A stretch of DNA of 64,000 nucleotides from Streptosporangiaceae bacterium. Its GTDB lineage: Bacteria; Actinomycetota; Actinomycetes; Streptosporangiales; Streptosporangiaceae. The first letter of the stretch is position 1, and each line of letters opens with the position of its first letter. The position numbers and the translations under genes are program-made. The stretch covers positions 22,414-86,413 of the forward strand of contig DATJQX010000059.1 of NCBI GenBank assembly GCA_035505275.1, read 5' to 3'. This document shows, piece after piece, positions 47,885 to 57,236 of the stretch. The notes beneath the pieces are model-generated. The model searched no databases, was not told the DNA's origin, and worked only from the letters and a program-made list of their open reading frames with translations.

Positions 47885-48427
47885 TCAGGCGCCGGGGGTG
47901 CTGACCGGCGCGCCGGCCCCAGCCGGCGGGGGAGTCCTCCGCTGCGGGCGGAGCGCGATCACCGCGCAGGCCGCGGCGACCACCGTGCCGAGCGTGGAAG
48001 CGCCGCTTTCGAGGGAACCCACATTCACCCCGCCGGAATGCCGTTCGGCAACGGTCCTGGTCGTGGTCACGGTGACCACGACCGTGGTCGGCGCGGGTGA
48101 GGAGGAGGGCACTGGAGTTGACCCCGGTGACGGGGAAGGCGCAGGAGGCGTCATGGTGAGGGTGATTGGGACTTTGACGATCTTCACGACTCCGGAGGCG
48201 GGCTGCGTTGTCGAGCGGGTGAACGCGAGAGCGCCAAAGACGACCGCCACCACCACGAACATCCCCGCCGAGCCCAGGAGCACCAAGCGCCTCCGGTCAA
48301 GGTGCATCACCCGGTGCGGGCCCGCGACGAGGCCGTCACGCGTCGGGGATGGGGGCGTCATACCTGCCACGTTAGACCTTCCGCCGGTGCGCAGACAGGC
48401 GCGGCCGCCGGAGCGGATCCTGGACAC
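47885..48427 (-). CDS. Hypothetical membrane protein with a Pro/Thr/Ser-rich middle region and hydrophobic C-terminus
   Basis: The maximal ORF is 180 aa and the likely start is Met23 or Met41. It has an N-terminal TM helix (LVLLGSAGMFVVVAVVFGALAF) and a C-terminal hydrophobic stretch plus RPQRR tail. Confidence 0.4.
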   Translation of the reverse strand: MSRIRSGGRACLRTGGRSNVAGMTPPSPTRDGLVAGPHRVMHLDRRRLVLLGSAGMFVVVAVVFGALAFTRSTTQPASGVVKIVKVPITLTMTPPAPSPSPGSTPVPSSSPAPTTVVVTVTTTRTVAERHSGGVNVGSLESGASTLGTVVAAACAVIALRPQRRTPPPAGAGAPVSTPGA

Positions 48428-48498
48428 CGGGTGGCGACATCGCTACCGCACGGACCGCTACACTAGCCCTGCTGGCCTGCGGTGACGCTGAGGAGACC

Positions 48499-48618
48499 AT
48501 GGTGGGCGGACGGCATATGGCGCCGAAGCCCGGCAACGACGTGTTCATGGCCGTGACCATCCTCGTCCTGCTCGCCGTCCTGGCCGCGGTAGTCATCCCC
48601 GCCGCGCTCGGCATGTGA
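48499..48618 (+). CDS. 39-aa small hydrophobic peptide upstream of lysK
   Basis: A GAGGAG RBS lies 6 nt before the ATG. The sequence is MVGGRHMAPKPGNDVFMAVTILVLLAVLAAVVIPAALGM, with very high GC3. It is below the ORF-track size cut-off. Confidence 0.4.
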   Translation: MVGGRHMAPKPGNDVFMAVTILVLLAVLAAVVIPAALGM

Positions 48619-48700
48619 GCAGCAACCGTCTCCGGCACCGTCATATTAAGCCCGAACGGGCGCTGGTTTCCGTTCACCATCCCCTGGCACGTGGACAGCG

Positions 48701-50395
48701 GTGCACCGCGCCGGCCCCGGTACGCTGATGCCTGCAGAACAGGGAGGTGGCCGTCTCGTGGCTGCGGCGGACGACTGGGTGGCGCGCACGGCTGGTGAGG
48801 TGTGCGCCGAGGGGGAGCGCCGGCATCCCGGCGAGGCTCCGACCTGTGCGTCGGGGATCAGCCCGTCCGGGCGCGTGCACCTGGGGAACCTGCGCGAGCT
48901 GATGGTCCCGCACCTGGTCGCCGACGAGGTCCGCCGCCAGGGCGCGCCCTGCCGTCACATCCTGTCCTGGGACGACTATGACCGCTTCCGCCGGGTCCCG
49001 GCCGGCCTGCCGGAGGAGTTCGCCGAATACGTCGGCCGGCCGCTGACTTCGGTGCCCGATCCGTGCGGCCTGCACGAGAACTGGGCCGAGCACTTCAAGG
49101 AGCCGTTGCGCGAAGCGCTGGACCGCCTGGGCGTGCAGGTCACCGAGATCAGCCAGACCGAGATGTACACGGGCGGGGCCTACGCGGCGCAGATCGTGAC
49201 CGCGATGCGCCGCCGGGCCGACATCGAGGCGGTGCTGGCCAGGTACCGGACCAAGCGCGCGGCCGGCCCGGACGACGACGAACCGCAGGCGGCGGTCTAC
49301 TATCCGTTCCGCCCTTACTGCTCGGCCTGCGGGCGCGATGACACGACGGTGACCGCCTTCGACGACGAGACGACGGACATCACCTACACCTGCGCGTGCG
49401 GCGCGGTGGTGGGTCCCACGCCGATCGTGCAGGTCGCGGGCAAGCTGGTCTGGAAGGTCGACTGGCCGATGCGCTGGGCGTACGAGCACGTGACGTTCGA
49501 GCCCGCCGGGGTCGACCACTCCACGCCCGGGTCGAGCTTCACCGTGGGTGCGGAACTGGTCTCGGAGATCTTCGGCGGGCAGACGCCGCTGCACTTCGGG
49601 TACTCCTTCGTCGGCACGCAGGGGTCGGCGAAGATGAGCAGTTCCCGTGGCGGCGCGCCGACCCCCGCCGACGCGCTGGAGATCTTCGAGGCCCCGCTGG
49701 TGCGCTGGCTGTACGCGCGCCGGCGCCCCGAGCAGTCCATCACGCTGGCCTTTGACGCCGAGGTCGGCCGGGTCTACGACGAGTGGGACGCCCTGTCCCG
49801 CAAGGTCGCGGAGGGCACCGCCGACCCGGCCGCCCGGGTGATCTTCGTCCGCGCGTCCGGCCCGGCCGAGGGGCCGCTCCCGGTCACGCCGCGCCCGCTG
49901 CCGTTCCGCACCCTGGCCTCGGTCGCCGACATCACGGCCGGCGACCCGACGCAGATCCTGCGGATCGTGCGCGATCTCACCGCCGGTGACCCGGTCGCCG
50001 ACCTGGACGAGGTGCGCCCGAGGCTGGACTGCGCGCAGGCGTGGATCACCGACTACGCGGCGCCCGAGGACCGGACGCAGGTCCGCGATCACCCGGACAC
50101 CGCCAGGCTCGCCACGCTCACCGACGAGGAGCGCGGCGCCCTCAAGCTGCTCATCGACGGCATGGCGGCCGACTGGTCCCTGGACGGCCTGACCACCCTG
50201 CTGTACGGGATCCCCAAGCTCCAGCGCGGCCTGCCGATCTCGGCACCCCCGACGCCGGAGCTGAAGGCCAGCCAGCGGCACTGGTTCATCCTGCTGTACG
50301 AGCTGCTCATCGGCAAGGACACCGGCCCGCGGCTGCCGACGCTGCTGCTGGCCCTCGGCCAGGACCGGGTGCGCTCCCTGATCACGGACCAGTGA
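48701..50395 (+). CDS. lysK: Lysine--tRNA ligase, class I
   Basis: It has a HIGH-type motif GISPSGRVHLGNLRE and a KMSKS-type motif KMSSSRGG. The start is uncertain: ATG 48701, ATG 48728, or GTG 48758 behind GGGAGG. Confidence 0.85.
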   Translation: MHRAGPGTLMPAEQGGGRLVAAADDWVARTAGEVCAEGERRHPGEAPTCASGISPSGRVHLGNLRELMVPHLVADEVRRQGAPCRHILSWDDYDRFRRVPAGLPEEFAEYVGRPLTSVPDPCGLHENWAEHFKEPLREALDRLGVQVTEISQTEMYTGGAYAAQIVTAMRRRADIEAVLARYRTKRAAGPDDDEPQAAVYYPFRPYCSACGRDDTTVTAFDDETTDITYTCACGAVVGPTPIVQVAGKLVWKVDWPMRWAYEHVTFEPAGVDHSTPGSSFTVGAELVSEIFGGQTPLHFGYSFVGTQGSAKMSSSRGGAPTPADALEIFEAPLVRWLYARRRPEQSITLAFDAEVGRVYDEWDALSRKVAEGTADPAARVIFVRASGPAEGPLPVTPRPLPFRTLASVADITAGDPTQILRIVRDLTAGDPVADLDEVRPRLDCAQAWITDYAAPEDRTQVRDHPDTARLATLTDEERGALKLLIDGMAADWSLDGLTTLLYGIPKLQRGLPISAPPTPELKASQRHWFILLYELLIGKDTGPRLPTLLLALGQDRVRSLITDQ

Positions 50396-51695
50396 GGAAC
50401 CGGTCCATGATCCGGACACCCGCGTCGAGCGCGGACAGCGGGATGCGCTCGTCGGTGCCGTGGAACATCGCGTAGTAGTCGTAGCCCTCGGGCAGCACCA
50501 GCGGCGTGAAGCCGTAGCAGGCCATCCCCAGCCGGGCGAACTGCTTGGCGTCGGTGCCGCCGCTCATGCAGTAGGGGACGACGACCGACCCCGGGTCCTC
50601 CGCCAGCAGGGCCCCGGCCATGCGAGCGACCACCGGGGCGTCGGGCGGGGCTTGCAGTGCTCTCTCCTGGAGCGCGTACTCCCAGGTCACGTCGGCCCCG
50701 GTGAGTTCGTCAAGGGTCGCGACGAACTCGTCCTCGGCGCCCGGCACGACCCGCCCGTCCACGTACCCGATCGCCTCTGCCGGGATGACGTTGACCTTGT
50801 GCCCCGCCTGCATCATGGTCGGGTTGGCGCTGTTCCTGATCGTCCCGGCGACCAGGGCGGCCGCGGGGCCAAGCCGGGCCAGCAACTCGTCGGCCCCCAG
50901 GTCGCCGGGCGGCGCGGGCTGGCCCGACGCGGCGGCGATGGCCTCGATCGCGGCCTGCACGGTCGGGATCAGCCTGACCGGCCAGCGGTACGTCCCGATC
51001 CTCGCCATCGCCGCGCTCAACCAGGTCACCGCGTTGTCTGGGTGAGGCTTGGCGCCGTGGCCGGCGCGGCCCCGCGCGGTCAGCTTCAGCCAGGCGGTGC
51101 CCCGCTCGGCCGAGGCGATCGGGTACAGCCGCTGACCGGGCCCGGCGTGGAACGTGAAGGCGCCCGACTCACCGACCGCCTCCGTGCACCCCTCGAAGAG
51201 CTCCGGGTGCCGCTCGACCAGCCACTGGGACCCGTACCGCAGCGTGTCTTCCTCGTCCGCGGTGAACGCGAGCACGAGGTCGCGGCGCGGGCGCCGGCCG
51301 TCGCGCGCCCACTGGCGGGCCACCGCGAGCAGTACCGCGTCCGCGTTCTTCATGTCGACCGCGCCGCGTCCCCACAGCACCCCGTCGCGGATCTCGCCGG
51401 AGAAGGGGTGCACCGCCCAGGCTGCCGGGTCCGCGGGGACCACATCGAGGTGGCCGTGCAGCAGCAGGCCCGGCCCGCCCGGCTCGCGGCCGGCGATCCG
51501 CGCCACCACGTTCGTGCGCCCCGGCGCGGACTCCAGCAGCACCGGCTCGGCGCCGGCCTCGGCCAGCCGCGCCGCCACGTATTCCGCGGCCGGGCGCTCG
51601 CAGGCGTCCCCGCCGCCCCGGTTGGTGGTATCGATCCTGATCAGGTCGGCGGCCAGGCGCGCCGCGTCGGCCCCGGCCTCGGAGAGCTGGTCCAC
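50382..51695 (-). CDS. M20/M25/M40 family metallopeptidase (dipeptidase/desuccinylase-like)
   Basis: It carries LLLHGHLDVVP and WGRGAVDMKN. GTG 51695 is preferred because the first 12 codons of the maximal ORF (to 51785) have atypical low-GC3 usage. Confidence 0.8.
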   Translation of the reverse strand: MDQLSEAGADAARLAADLIRIDTTNRGGGDACERPAAEYVAARLAEAGAEPVLLESAPGRTNVVARIAGREPGGPGLLLHGHLDVVPADPAAWAVHPFSGEIRDGVLWGRGAVDMKNADAVLLAVARQWARDGRRPRRDLVLAFTADEEDTLRYGSQWLVERHPELFEGCTEAVGESGAFTFHAGPGQRLYPIASAERGTAWLKLTARGRAGHGAKPHPDNAVTWLSAAMARIGTYRWPVRLIPTVQAAIEAIAAASGQPAPPGDLGADELLARLGPAAALVAGTIRNSANPTMMQAGHKVNVIPAEAIGYVDGRVVPGAEDEFVATLDELTGADVTWEYALQERALQAPPDAPVVARMAGALLAEDPGSVVVPYCMSGGTDAKQFARLGMACYGFTPLVLPEGYDYYAMFHGTDERIPLSALDAGVRIMDRFLTGP

Positions 51696-51808
51696 GCCTG
51701 GCCAGCCTAGGGCACCCCGCCGACACGCCGTCTCCCGGATGTCGTTCACCTTCCATTCACCAAACGGTTTACTTTGAGTCACCACGGGGCGGGGGCGTAA
51801 CCCGTGGT

Positions 51809-52582
51809 TTGCGCGTGCGGGCGGAGGATGGAGCGTTGAGCCATGGTTACAGCCGTGTCGCGCTGGTCAGCGCCGGCTCCCGCGGCATCGGCGCGGCTAC
51901 GGTGCGCAGGCTCGCCGCGGACGGCTGGGACATCAGCTTCTGCCACCACGACGACGAGATGTCGGCCCGCGAGGTGGAGAAGTCCGCGTTCGAGCTGGGC
52001 GCGCGGGTGCTGGCCCTCCAGGTGGACGTGACCGCGGGCTACGAGGTCGCCTCGTGGGTCCGGCGGGTCCAGGAGGAACTCGGGCCGGTGGAGGCCGTGG
52101 TCAGCTGCGCGGGGATCACCCGGGATCAGCCGCTGACGCGGCTTGACGACGCCGACTGGCGCGCGGTGACCGACACCACCCTGGACGGGGTGTTCAACCT
52201 GTGCCAGGCCACCCTGCTTTCCATGATGAGACGGCACTCCGGCCGCATCGCCATGGTTTCCTCGGTGTTCGGCGTGTACGCCCACCCGTCATGGGGCCGC
52301 TACCCGGTGCCCAGGGCCGGGATCGTCGGGTTCACCCAGGCGCTGGCCAAAGTGACCAGCCAGTTCGGCATCCGCGCCAACGTCATCGCCCCGGGCGTGA
52401 CCGTCACCGACACCACCGCGATCGTGCCTGAGGCGACCGGTGCCGCGATGACCGAGACGATCATCCTGCGCCGCTTCGGCAGCGCCGCCGAGGTCGCGGA
52501 CCGGGTCGCGTTCCTGCTGTCCGACAAGGGCGCCGCCCTTACCGGCCGCGTCCTGGAGGCGCCCGGCGGCATCTGGCGGTAA
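51809..52582 (+). CDS. SDR family oxidoreductase (FabG-like)
   Basis: It has a Gly motif SAGSRGIG and a CAGI(T) segment. The probable true start is TTG 51836, behind a GGAGGA RBS. Confidence 0.75.
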   Translation: MRVRAEDGALSHGYSRVALVSAGSRGIGAATVRRLAADGWDISFCHHDDEMSAREVEKSAFELGARVLALQVDVTAGYEVASWVRRVQEELGPVEAVVSCAGITRDQPLTRLDDADWRAVTDTTLDGVFNLCQATLLSMMRRHSGRIAMVSSVFGVYAHPSWGRYPVPRAGIVGFTQALAKVTSQFGIRANVIAPGVTVTDTTAIVPEATGAAMTETIILRRFGSAAEVADRVAFLLSDKGAALTGRVLEAPGGIWR

Positions 52583-52611
52583 CCCTCACGCGCCCCCGGC
52601 CCACAGGCTGG

Positions 52612-52794
52612 CCAGGCCGAGCCCGGCCAGACGGCCACGAAGGCGACGGCGTTCGTCGCGTTGGCCGCCAGCGGCGGAATCCCGGCCGCCAGCAGCAGCC
52701 GGGTAGGAGATCAGCGAGGCGGTGCCCCCAGCCGTCCCGCGATCCCGGCCAGGGCCCCCGCCAGGCGCAGGAGCGTCCGCGCGAGATCGGTCAT
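52612..52794 (-). pseudogene. Frameshifted, truncated N-terminal remnant of a TauE/SafE-type membrane protein
   Basis: ATG 52794 gives MTDLARTLLRLAGALAGIAG..., then a stop. The adjacent frames read GTASLISYP and LLLAAGIPPLAANATNAVAFVAVWPGSA, matching the TauE/SafE N-terminus (SLISYPALLAxGxPPLAANxTN...WPGSA). The rest of the gene is missing. Confidence 0.45.
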
Positions 52795-52948
52795 CACCGC
52801 GGTATGCCTACCGCGCGGGCGGCCCCGGAGGTGACCTGAGCCCGCCGGTGCGGCCGTTCACAAGGTAGGGTGTCGCGCATATCGCCGGCGCGGCAGCATG
52901 AGGTCGTCCAGGCGCGATCCGTGACGCCGGGCGGGAGGGGGGCTTGGT

Positions 52949-54601
52949 GTGGCTCGCGAGCCTCTGCTGAACAGCGACCCCACGCGGGTCGGGCGCTACC
53001 GCCTGTCCGCGCGGCTGGGCTCGGGCGGGATGGGCGTCGTGTACCTCGGCGCGGCCGAGGACGGACGCCAGGTCGCGGTGAAGGTGGTGCGCCCGCAACT
53101 GGCGCAGGACCAGGAGTTCCGGAAGCGGTTCGGCCGTGAGGTGGCCGCGCTGGTCCGGGTCAGTGGCGTGTGCACGGTGCGGGTCATCGAGGCCGACACC
53201 ACCTCGGCCCGGCCGTTCCTGGTCACCGAGTACGTCGACGGGCCGTCGCTCGCCGAGTACATCGACGGGCGCGGGCCTCTCGGCAGCCGGATGCTGTACG
53301 GCCTGGCGACCGGGCTCGCGGAGGCGCTGACCGCGATCCACGACGCCGGCATAGTGCACAGGGACCTCAAGCCCTCCAACGTGCTCCTCAGCGGGAGCGG
53401 GCCGAAGGTTATCGACTTCGGAATCGCCCAGCCGCTGGACGCGACCGCCCTGACCAGGCCGGGAGTGACGATCGGCTCGACCGGGTTCGTGGCGCCCGAG
53501 CAGATCACGGGCGGCCGGTCAGGCACGGCGGCCGACATCTTCGCCTGGGGCGTGACGATCGCCTACGCAGCCAGCGGGCAGCCCCCGTTCGGTACGGGCA
53601 CCCCCGAGTCCATCCTCTACCGCGTCCTGCGCGTCGCCCCCGACCTCATCACGGTCCCGGCCGAACTGCGCCCGATGGTGGCGGCGGCCCTGGCCAAAGA
53701 GCCCGGGAACCGGCCGACCGCGCACGACCTGCTGGACCAGCTGACCAAGACATCCGCGCAGCCATCCCAGGCCACGCACACCATCCTCGCCCAGAACTGG
53801 CGCCCGCCCGAGCCCGGCCCCGCCGCCGGAGCCGCACGCCCACCTGCCCCTTCCCCCGCCGGCGGAGCGCCACGGCCACCTGCCCCTGCTCCGGCCGCCG
53901 GAGCCGTACGCCCATCCGCCTCCGCCCCCGCCGGCGGAGCGCCACGGCCACCTAGTCCTGCCCCGCCCGCCAGGGCCGCACGCCCGCCCGAGCCCGCCCG
54001 GGCCCCAGACGCCTTCGGTCCGACCGCCGAGACCGTGATCCCCCAGGCCTTCCGGAGCGCCGATCCGCCGCGGCCCCCGCAATCCTGGCCGCCTCAGCCG
54101 GCGTCCGGCGGGACGGGGCCGAAGCGCCCCGGACGCCGGCGTGTGATCCTGGGCGTGCTCGCGCTGTGCCTGGCGTTCGCGCTCGCCGCGGGCGGCACGG
54201 TGCTGGGCATCTCCCTGGCCGGGCACCACCCCAAGCCGGGCAAGGGCGGTACCTCGCCATCTGCCACCGCCACCTCGTCCGCGACCTCGGCCCTGCCGGT
54301 CCTCACCGCGGGCACCTACCACGGCGTCAAGCCGAAGGAGATCGACTTCAGCGCCGACGCGGGGAACGTCGTGACGGGCATCACCTGGTCCTCGTGGACC
54401 GCGACCACCGCAATCGGCTCCGGCACCTCCGACATCGACAGCTGCGTCCCGAGCTGCGCCGCGGCGCCAACCGATCTGGTCGCGACGACCCTGATGCTCT
54501 CCGACCCGGTGAACGGGCGGTTCACGGTGATCCGGGAGATGCGCGACAGCACCACGCAGGCGTTCGTCTATCCCAGTACCTGGGCGCTGGGCGCCTCCTA
54601 G
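52949..54601 (+). CDS. Ser/Thr protein kinase with Pro-rich repeat linker, one TM helix and a small extracytoplasmic domain
   Basis: 550 aa with a GTG start. Hanks motifs are ARLGSGGMGVVY, VAVK, HRDLKPSN and DFG. The TM helix is VILGVLALCLAFALAAGGTVLGI. Confidence 0.9.
   Translation: MAREPLLNSDPTRVGRYRLSARLGSGGMGVVYLGAAEDGRQVAVKVVRPQLAQDQEFRKRFGREVAALVRVSGVCTVRVIEADTTSARPFLVTEYVDGPSLAEYIDGRGPLGSRMLYGLATGLAEALTAIHDAGIVHRDLKPSNVLLSGSGPKVIDFGIAQPLDATALTRPGVTIGSTGFVAPEQITGGRSGTAADIFAWGVTIAYAASGQPPFGTGTPESILYRVLRVAPDLITVPAELRPMVAAALAKEPGNRPTAHDLLDQLTKTSAQPSQATHTILAQNWRPPEPGPAAGAARPPAPSPAGGAPRPPAPAPAAGAVRPSASAPAGGAPRPPSPAPPARAARPPEPARAPDAFGPTAETVIPQAFRSADPPRPPQSWPPQPASGGTGPKRPGRRRVILGVLALCLAFALAAGGTVLGISLAGHHPKPGKGGTSPSATATSSATSALPVLTAGTYHGVKPKEIDFSADAGNVVTGITWSSWTATTAIGSGTSDIDSCVPSCAAAPTDLVATTLMLSDPVNGRFTVIREMRDSTTQAFVYPSTWALGAS
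53822..53965 (+). repeat. 72-bp in-frame tandem repeat x2 (24-aa AAGA(A/V)RP...APAGGAPRPP.PAP units)
   Basis: Copies at 53822-53893 and 53894-53965 differ at a few positions. Confidence 0.85.
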
Positions 54602-54607
54602 GCGTCA

Positions 54608-55843
54608 CTAAGGAACCGAGCGGATCTTCCAGACCAGCCCCGAGCTGAGCACGACCAGCGCGGCGACGGTCAGGAACAGCGTGGGGTACCCGCCGAGCCT
54701 GCCGACCAGCGGGGCGGCGATCGCCGGGCCGAGCACCGCCGGCGCGGAGCCGGCGATGCTCAAGACGCCCAGGTCCTTGGCGCGACCTGCCGCCGAGGGC
54801 AGCACCTGGGTGATCAGGGCCTGGTCGACCGACAGGTACACGCCGTACCCTAGCCCCAGGATGATGGCCGAGACGATGGCCACCGGCCACGAAGGCCAGA
54901 ACGCGAGCATGACCGCCGGGATCGCCATGACCAGGCCGGACACCGTCACGGGGAGCCTGCGACGGCCGGTGCGGTCCGAGATCATGCCGCCCGCCACCGC
55001 GGTCAGGACGACCCCGGCGGAGTAGATCAGGACGAGGATGAGCAGGCCTTGCTCGGCGGTATGCCCGGGGAACAGCCGGGTGTAGTGGATCCGGTCCCGC
55101 AGGAAGTACAGCAGGTACAAGATCGCCATCGCGTTACCGAGGCTGATCGTGAACCTGGTCAGCCAGGCCCAGGCAAAATCGGGGTAGAGCCGCGGGCTCA
55201 GCCAGAATGACCTCGCGAATTCGCCCCAGTCGAAGGCCGGCCGTGCGGACCGGGTCAGCGGCGGGTCGGGCGTGGTCAGCGCGAACGGCAGCGCGCACGC
55301 CACCACGAGCGCCGCGATCAGCGCGTACCCGCCGTTGCCCGTGACCACCAGGCTCACCAGCGCCACGGCCAGTACCACCCCGATGATCTGCGGCATGCCG
55401 ATCCAGCCGGATACCGCGCCGCGCTGCGACACCGGGACGTGATCGGGCACGCCCGCCGCGATGCTGGCCTGCATGGCGTTCAGGCCGGCCTGCGCCAGGC
55501 TCCAGCTGATGATGACCCCGCCGATGGTGTGCTGCCCGGCCAGCAGGACCAGGGCGGTGCCGCCCACCAGGGCGCCGCCCGCCGTCCACGGGTGCCGCCG
55601 CCCGAACCGCCCGGTGGTCCGGTCCGACAGCGCCCCCGAGACCGGGTTGGCGACCAGCGCTACGGCCGCCCCGATCCCGGTCACCCAGCCGAGCGCGGCG
55701 ATCTTGCCGGCAGGCCCGGCGATCGCCTGGACCTGATCGGGCAGCAGGACCTCGAGCGGCCCGAAGTACCCGAGGTACAGCCCGAGGTTGGCCAGCGCGA
55801 TGAGCGCGACCCACCGCTTCCCCACGTTCCGGGTCGGCTGCAC
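54608..55843 (-). CDS. GPH-type (MFS_2) glycoside/cation symporter-like transporter
   Basis: 411 aa with the motif GALSDRTTGRFGRRHPW and ~12 TM helices. It lies immediately downstream of the GH1 gene. Confidence 0.8.
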   Translation of the reverse strand: MQPTRNVGKRWVALIALANLGLYLGYFGPLEVLLPDQVQAIAGPAGKIAALGWVTGIGAAVALVANPVSGALSDRTTGRFGRRHPWTAGGALVGGTALVLLAGQHTIGGVIISWSLAQAGLNAMQASIAAGVPDHVPVSQRGAVSGWIGMPQIIGVVLAVALVSLVVTGNGGYALIAALVVACALPFALTTPDPPLTRSARPAFDWGEFARSFWLSPRLYPDFAWAWLTRFTISLGNAMAILYLLYFLRDRIHYTRLFPGHTAEQGLLILVLIYSAGVVLTAVAGGMISDRTGRRRLPVTVSGLVMAIPAVMLAFWPSWPVAIVSAIILGLGYGVYLSVDQALITQVLPSAAGRAKDLGVLSIAGSAPAVLGPAIAAPLVGRLGGYPTLFLTVAALVVLSSGLVWKIRSVP

Positions 55844-55855
55844 GGCGGGGGGCTG

Positions 55856-57214
55856 CTACGCGCGCTGGCGGGCAATAAGGCGGCGGTACCAGTCGTAGGA
55901 CCGCTTCGGGGTGCGGGCCTGCGTGGCGTGGTCGACGTAGACCAGGCCGAACCGCTGGCGGAAGCCCTCGTTCCACTCGAAGTTGTCGGCCAGCGTCCAG
56001 TGGAAGTAGCCGCGCACGTCAGCGCCCGCGGTGATCGCGGCGTGCACGGCCCGAAGGTGGCCGTCCAGGTAGTCGACGCGGAACTGGTCGTCGACCGTCC
56101 CGTCGCCGGCCGGCCGGTCATCGTTCGAGCAGCCGTTCTCCGTGACGTACAGCGGCGGCAGCGCCGGGCCGTAACGCCCGGCGAGCAGGCCGAACAGCTC
56201 GGTCAGGCCACCGGGGATGACCGGCCAGCCGAACGCGGTGACCGGGTAGCCGGAGATCGGCTGGAGCTGGAAAGGCTGCGGCGAGTCCGCCGCGTCCGGC
56301 GGCGCGGCCACGCCGGTCGGCATGTAGTAGTTGACCCCGAGGCCGTCGAGGCGCGCGGAGATCACGGCCAGGTCCCCGTCGTGCACCCAGGCCTGCCCGC
56401 TGGTCTCGTCGTCCCCGCCGCCCAGGCCGAACGCCGAAAGGTCCGGGTAGCGCCCGAGCAGCACCGGGTCGGTGAAGATCCGGTTGTGCAGGGTGTCGTA
56501 GGCGCGCGCGGCCGCCTCGTCGGCTGGCGACGGCGAGGCCGGCCAGGCGGGGGAGTAGTTGTTGGTGAGCATGACCTGGCTCGCGCCCGCCGCCCGCAGC
56601 GCGGCGGTGGCCAGCCCGTGCCCGAGCAGCTGGTGGTGGGCGGAAGGCAGCCCGTCCAGCAGCAGCGCCCGGCCCGGCGCGTGCAGCCCGAGCATGTAGC
56701 CGAGCGCGGTCACCACGAACGGCTCGTTCAGCGTGATCCACAGCCCGACCCGGTCGGCCAGCCGCCCGGCGGCGATCGCGGCGTAGTCGGCGAGCCGCTG
56801 CGCCGTCTCCCGGCTCATCCAGCCGCCCGCATCCTCCAGCGGCTGCGGCAGGTCCCAGTGGTACAGGGTCGGTACCGGCGTGATCCCCGCCGCGAGCAGC
56901 GCGTCGGTGAGCCGGTCGTAGTAGTCGAGCCCGGCGCGGTTGACCGGGCCCGTGCCGTCCGGCTGGACGCGCGGCCAGGCGATCGAGAACCGGTACGCGG
57001 TCGCGCCCAGGCCGGCCAGCAGCGCGACGTCCTGCTCCCAGCGGTGGTAGGAGTCGGTGGCCACCGCGCCGCTCTGGCCGTCGGCGATCACGCCCGGCCG
57101 CTGGCAGAACGTATCCCAGATCGACACGCCCCGGCCGTCCTGGTCGACGGCCCCCTCGATCTGGTACGCGGCCGTCGCGACTCCCCAGTAGAACCCGGCG
57201 GGGAACCGGGGCAT
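55856..57214 (-). CDS. GH1 beta-glucosidase
   Basis: ATG 57214 gives MPRFPAGFYWGVATAAYQIEGA. The acid/base motif is TLNEP and the nucleophile motif is YVTENG. Confidence 0.9.
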   Translation of the reverse strand: MPRFPAGFYWGVATAAYQIEGAVDQDGRGVSIWDTFCQRPGVIADGQSGAVATDSYHRWEQDVALLAGLGATAYRFSIAWPRVQPDGTGPVNRAGLDYYDRLTDALLAAGITPVPTLYHWDLPQPLEDAGGWMSRETAQRLADYAAIAAGRLADRVGLWITLNEPFVVTALGYMLGLHAPGRALLLDGLPSAHHQLLGHGLATAALRAAGASQVMLTNNYSPAWPASPSPADEAAARAYDTLHNRIFTDPVLLGRYPDLSAFGLGGGDDETSGQAWVHDGDLAVISARLDGLGVNYYMPTGVAAPPDAADSPQPFQLQPISGYPVTAFGWPVIPGGLTELFGLLAGRYGPALPPLYVTENGCSNDDRPAGDGTVDDQFRVDYLDGHLRAVHAAITAGADVRGYFHWTLADNFEWNEGFRQRFGLVYVDHATQARTPKRSYDWYRRLIARQRA

Positions 57215-57236
57215 CGGCTCGTTCACCACCGGGCCG

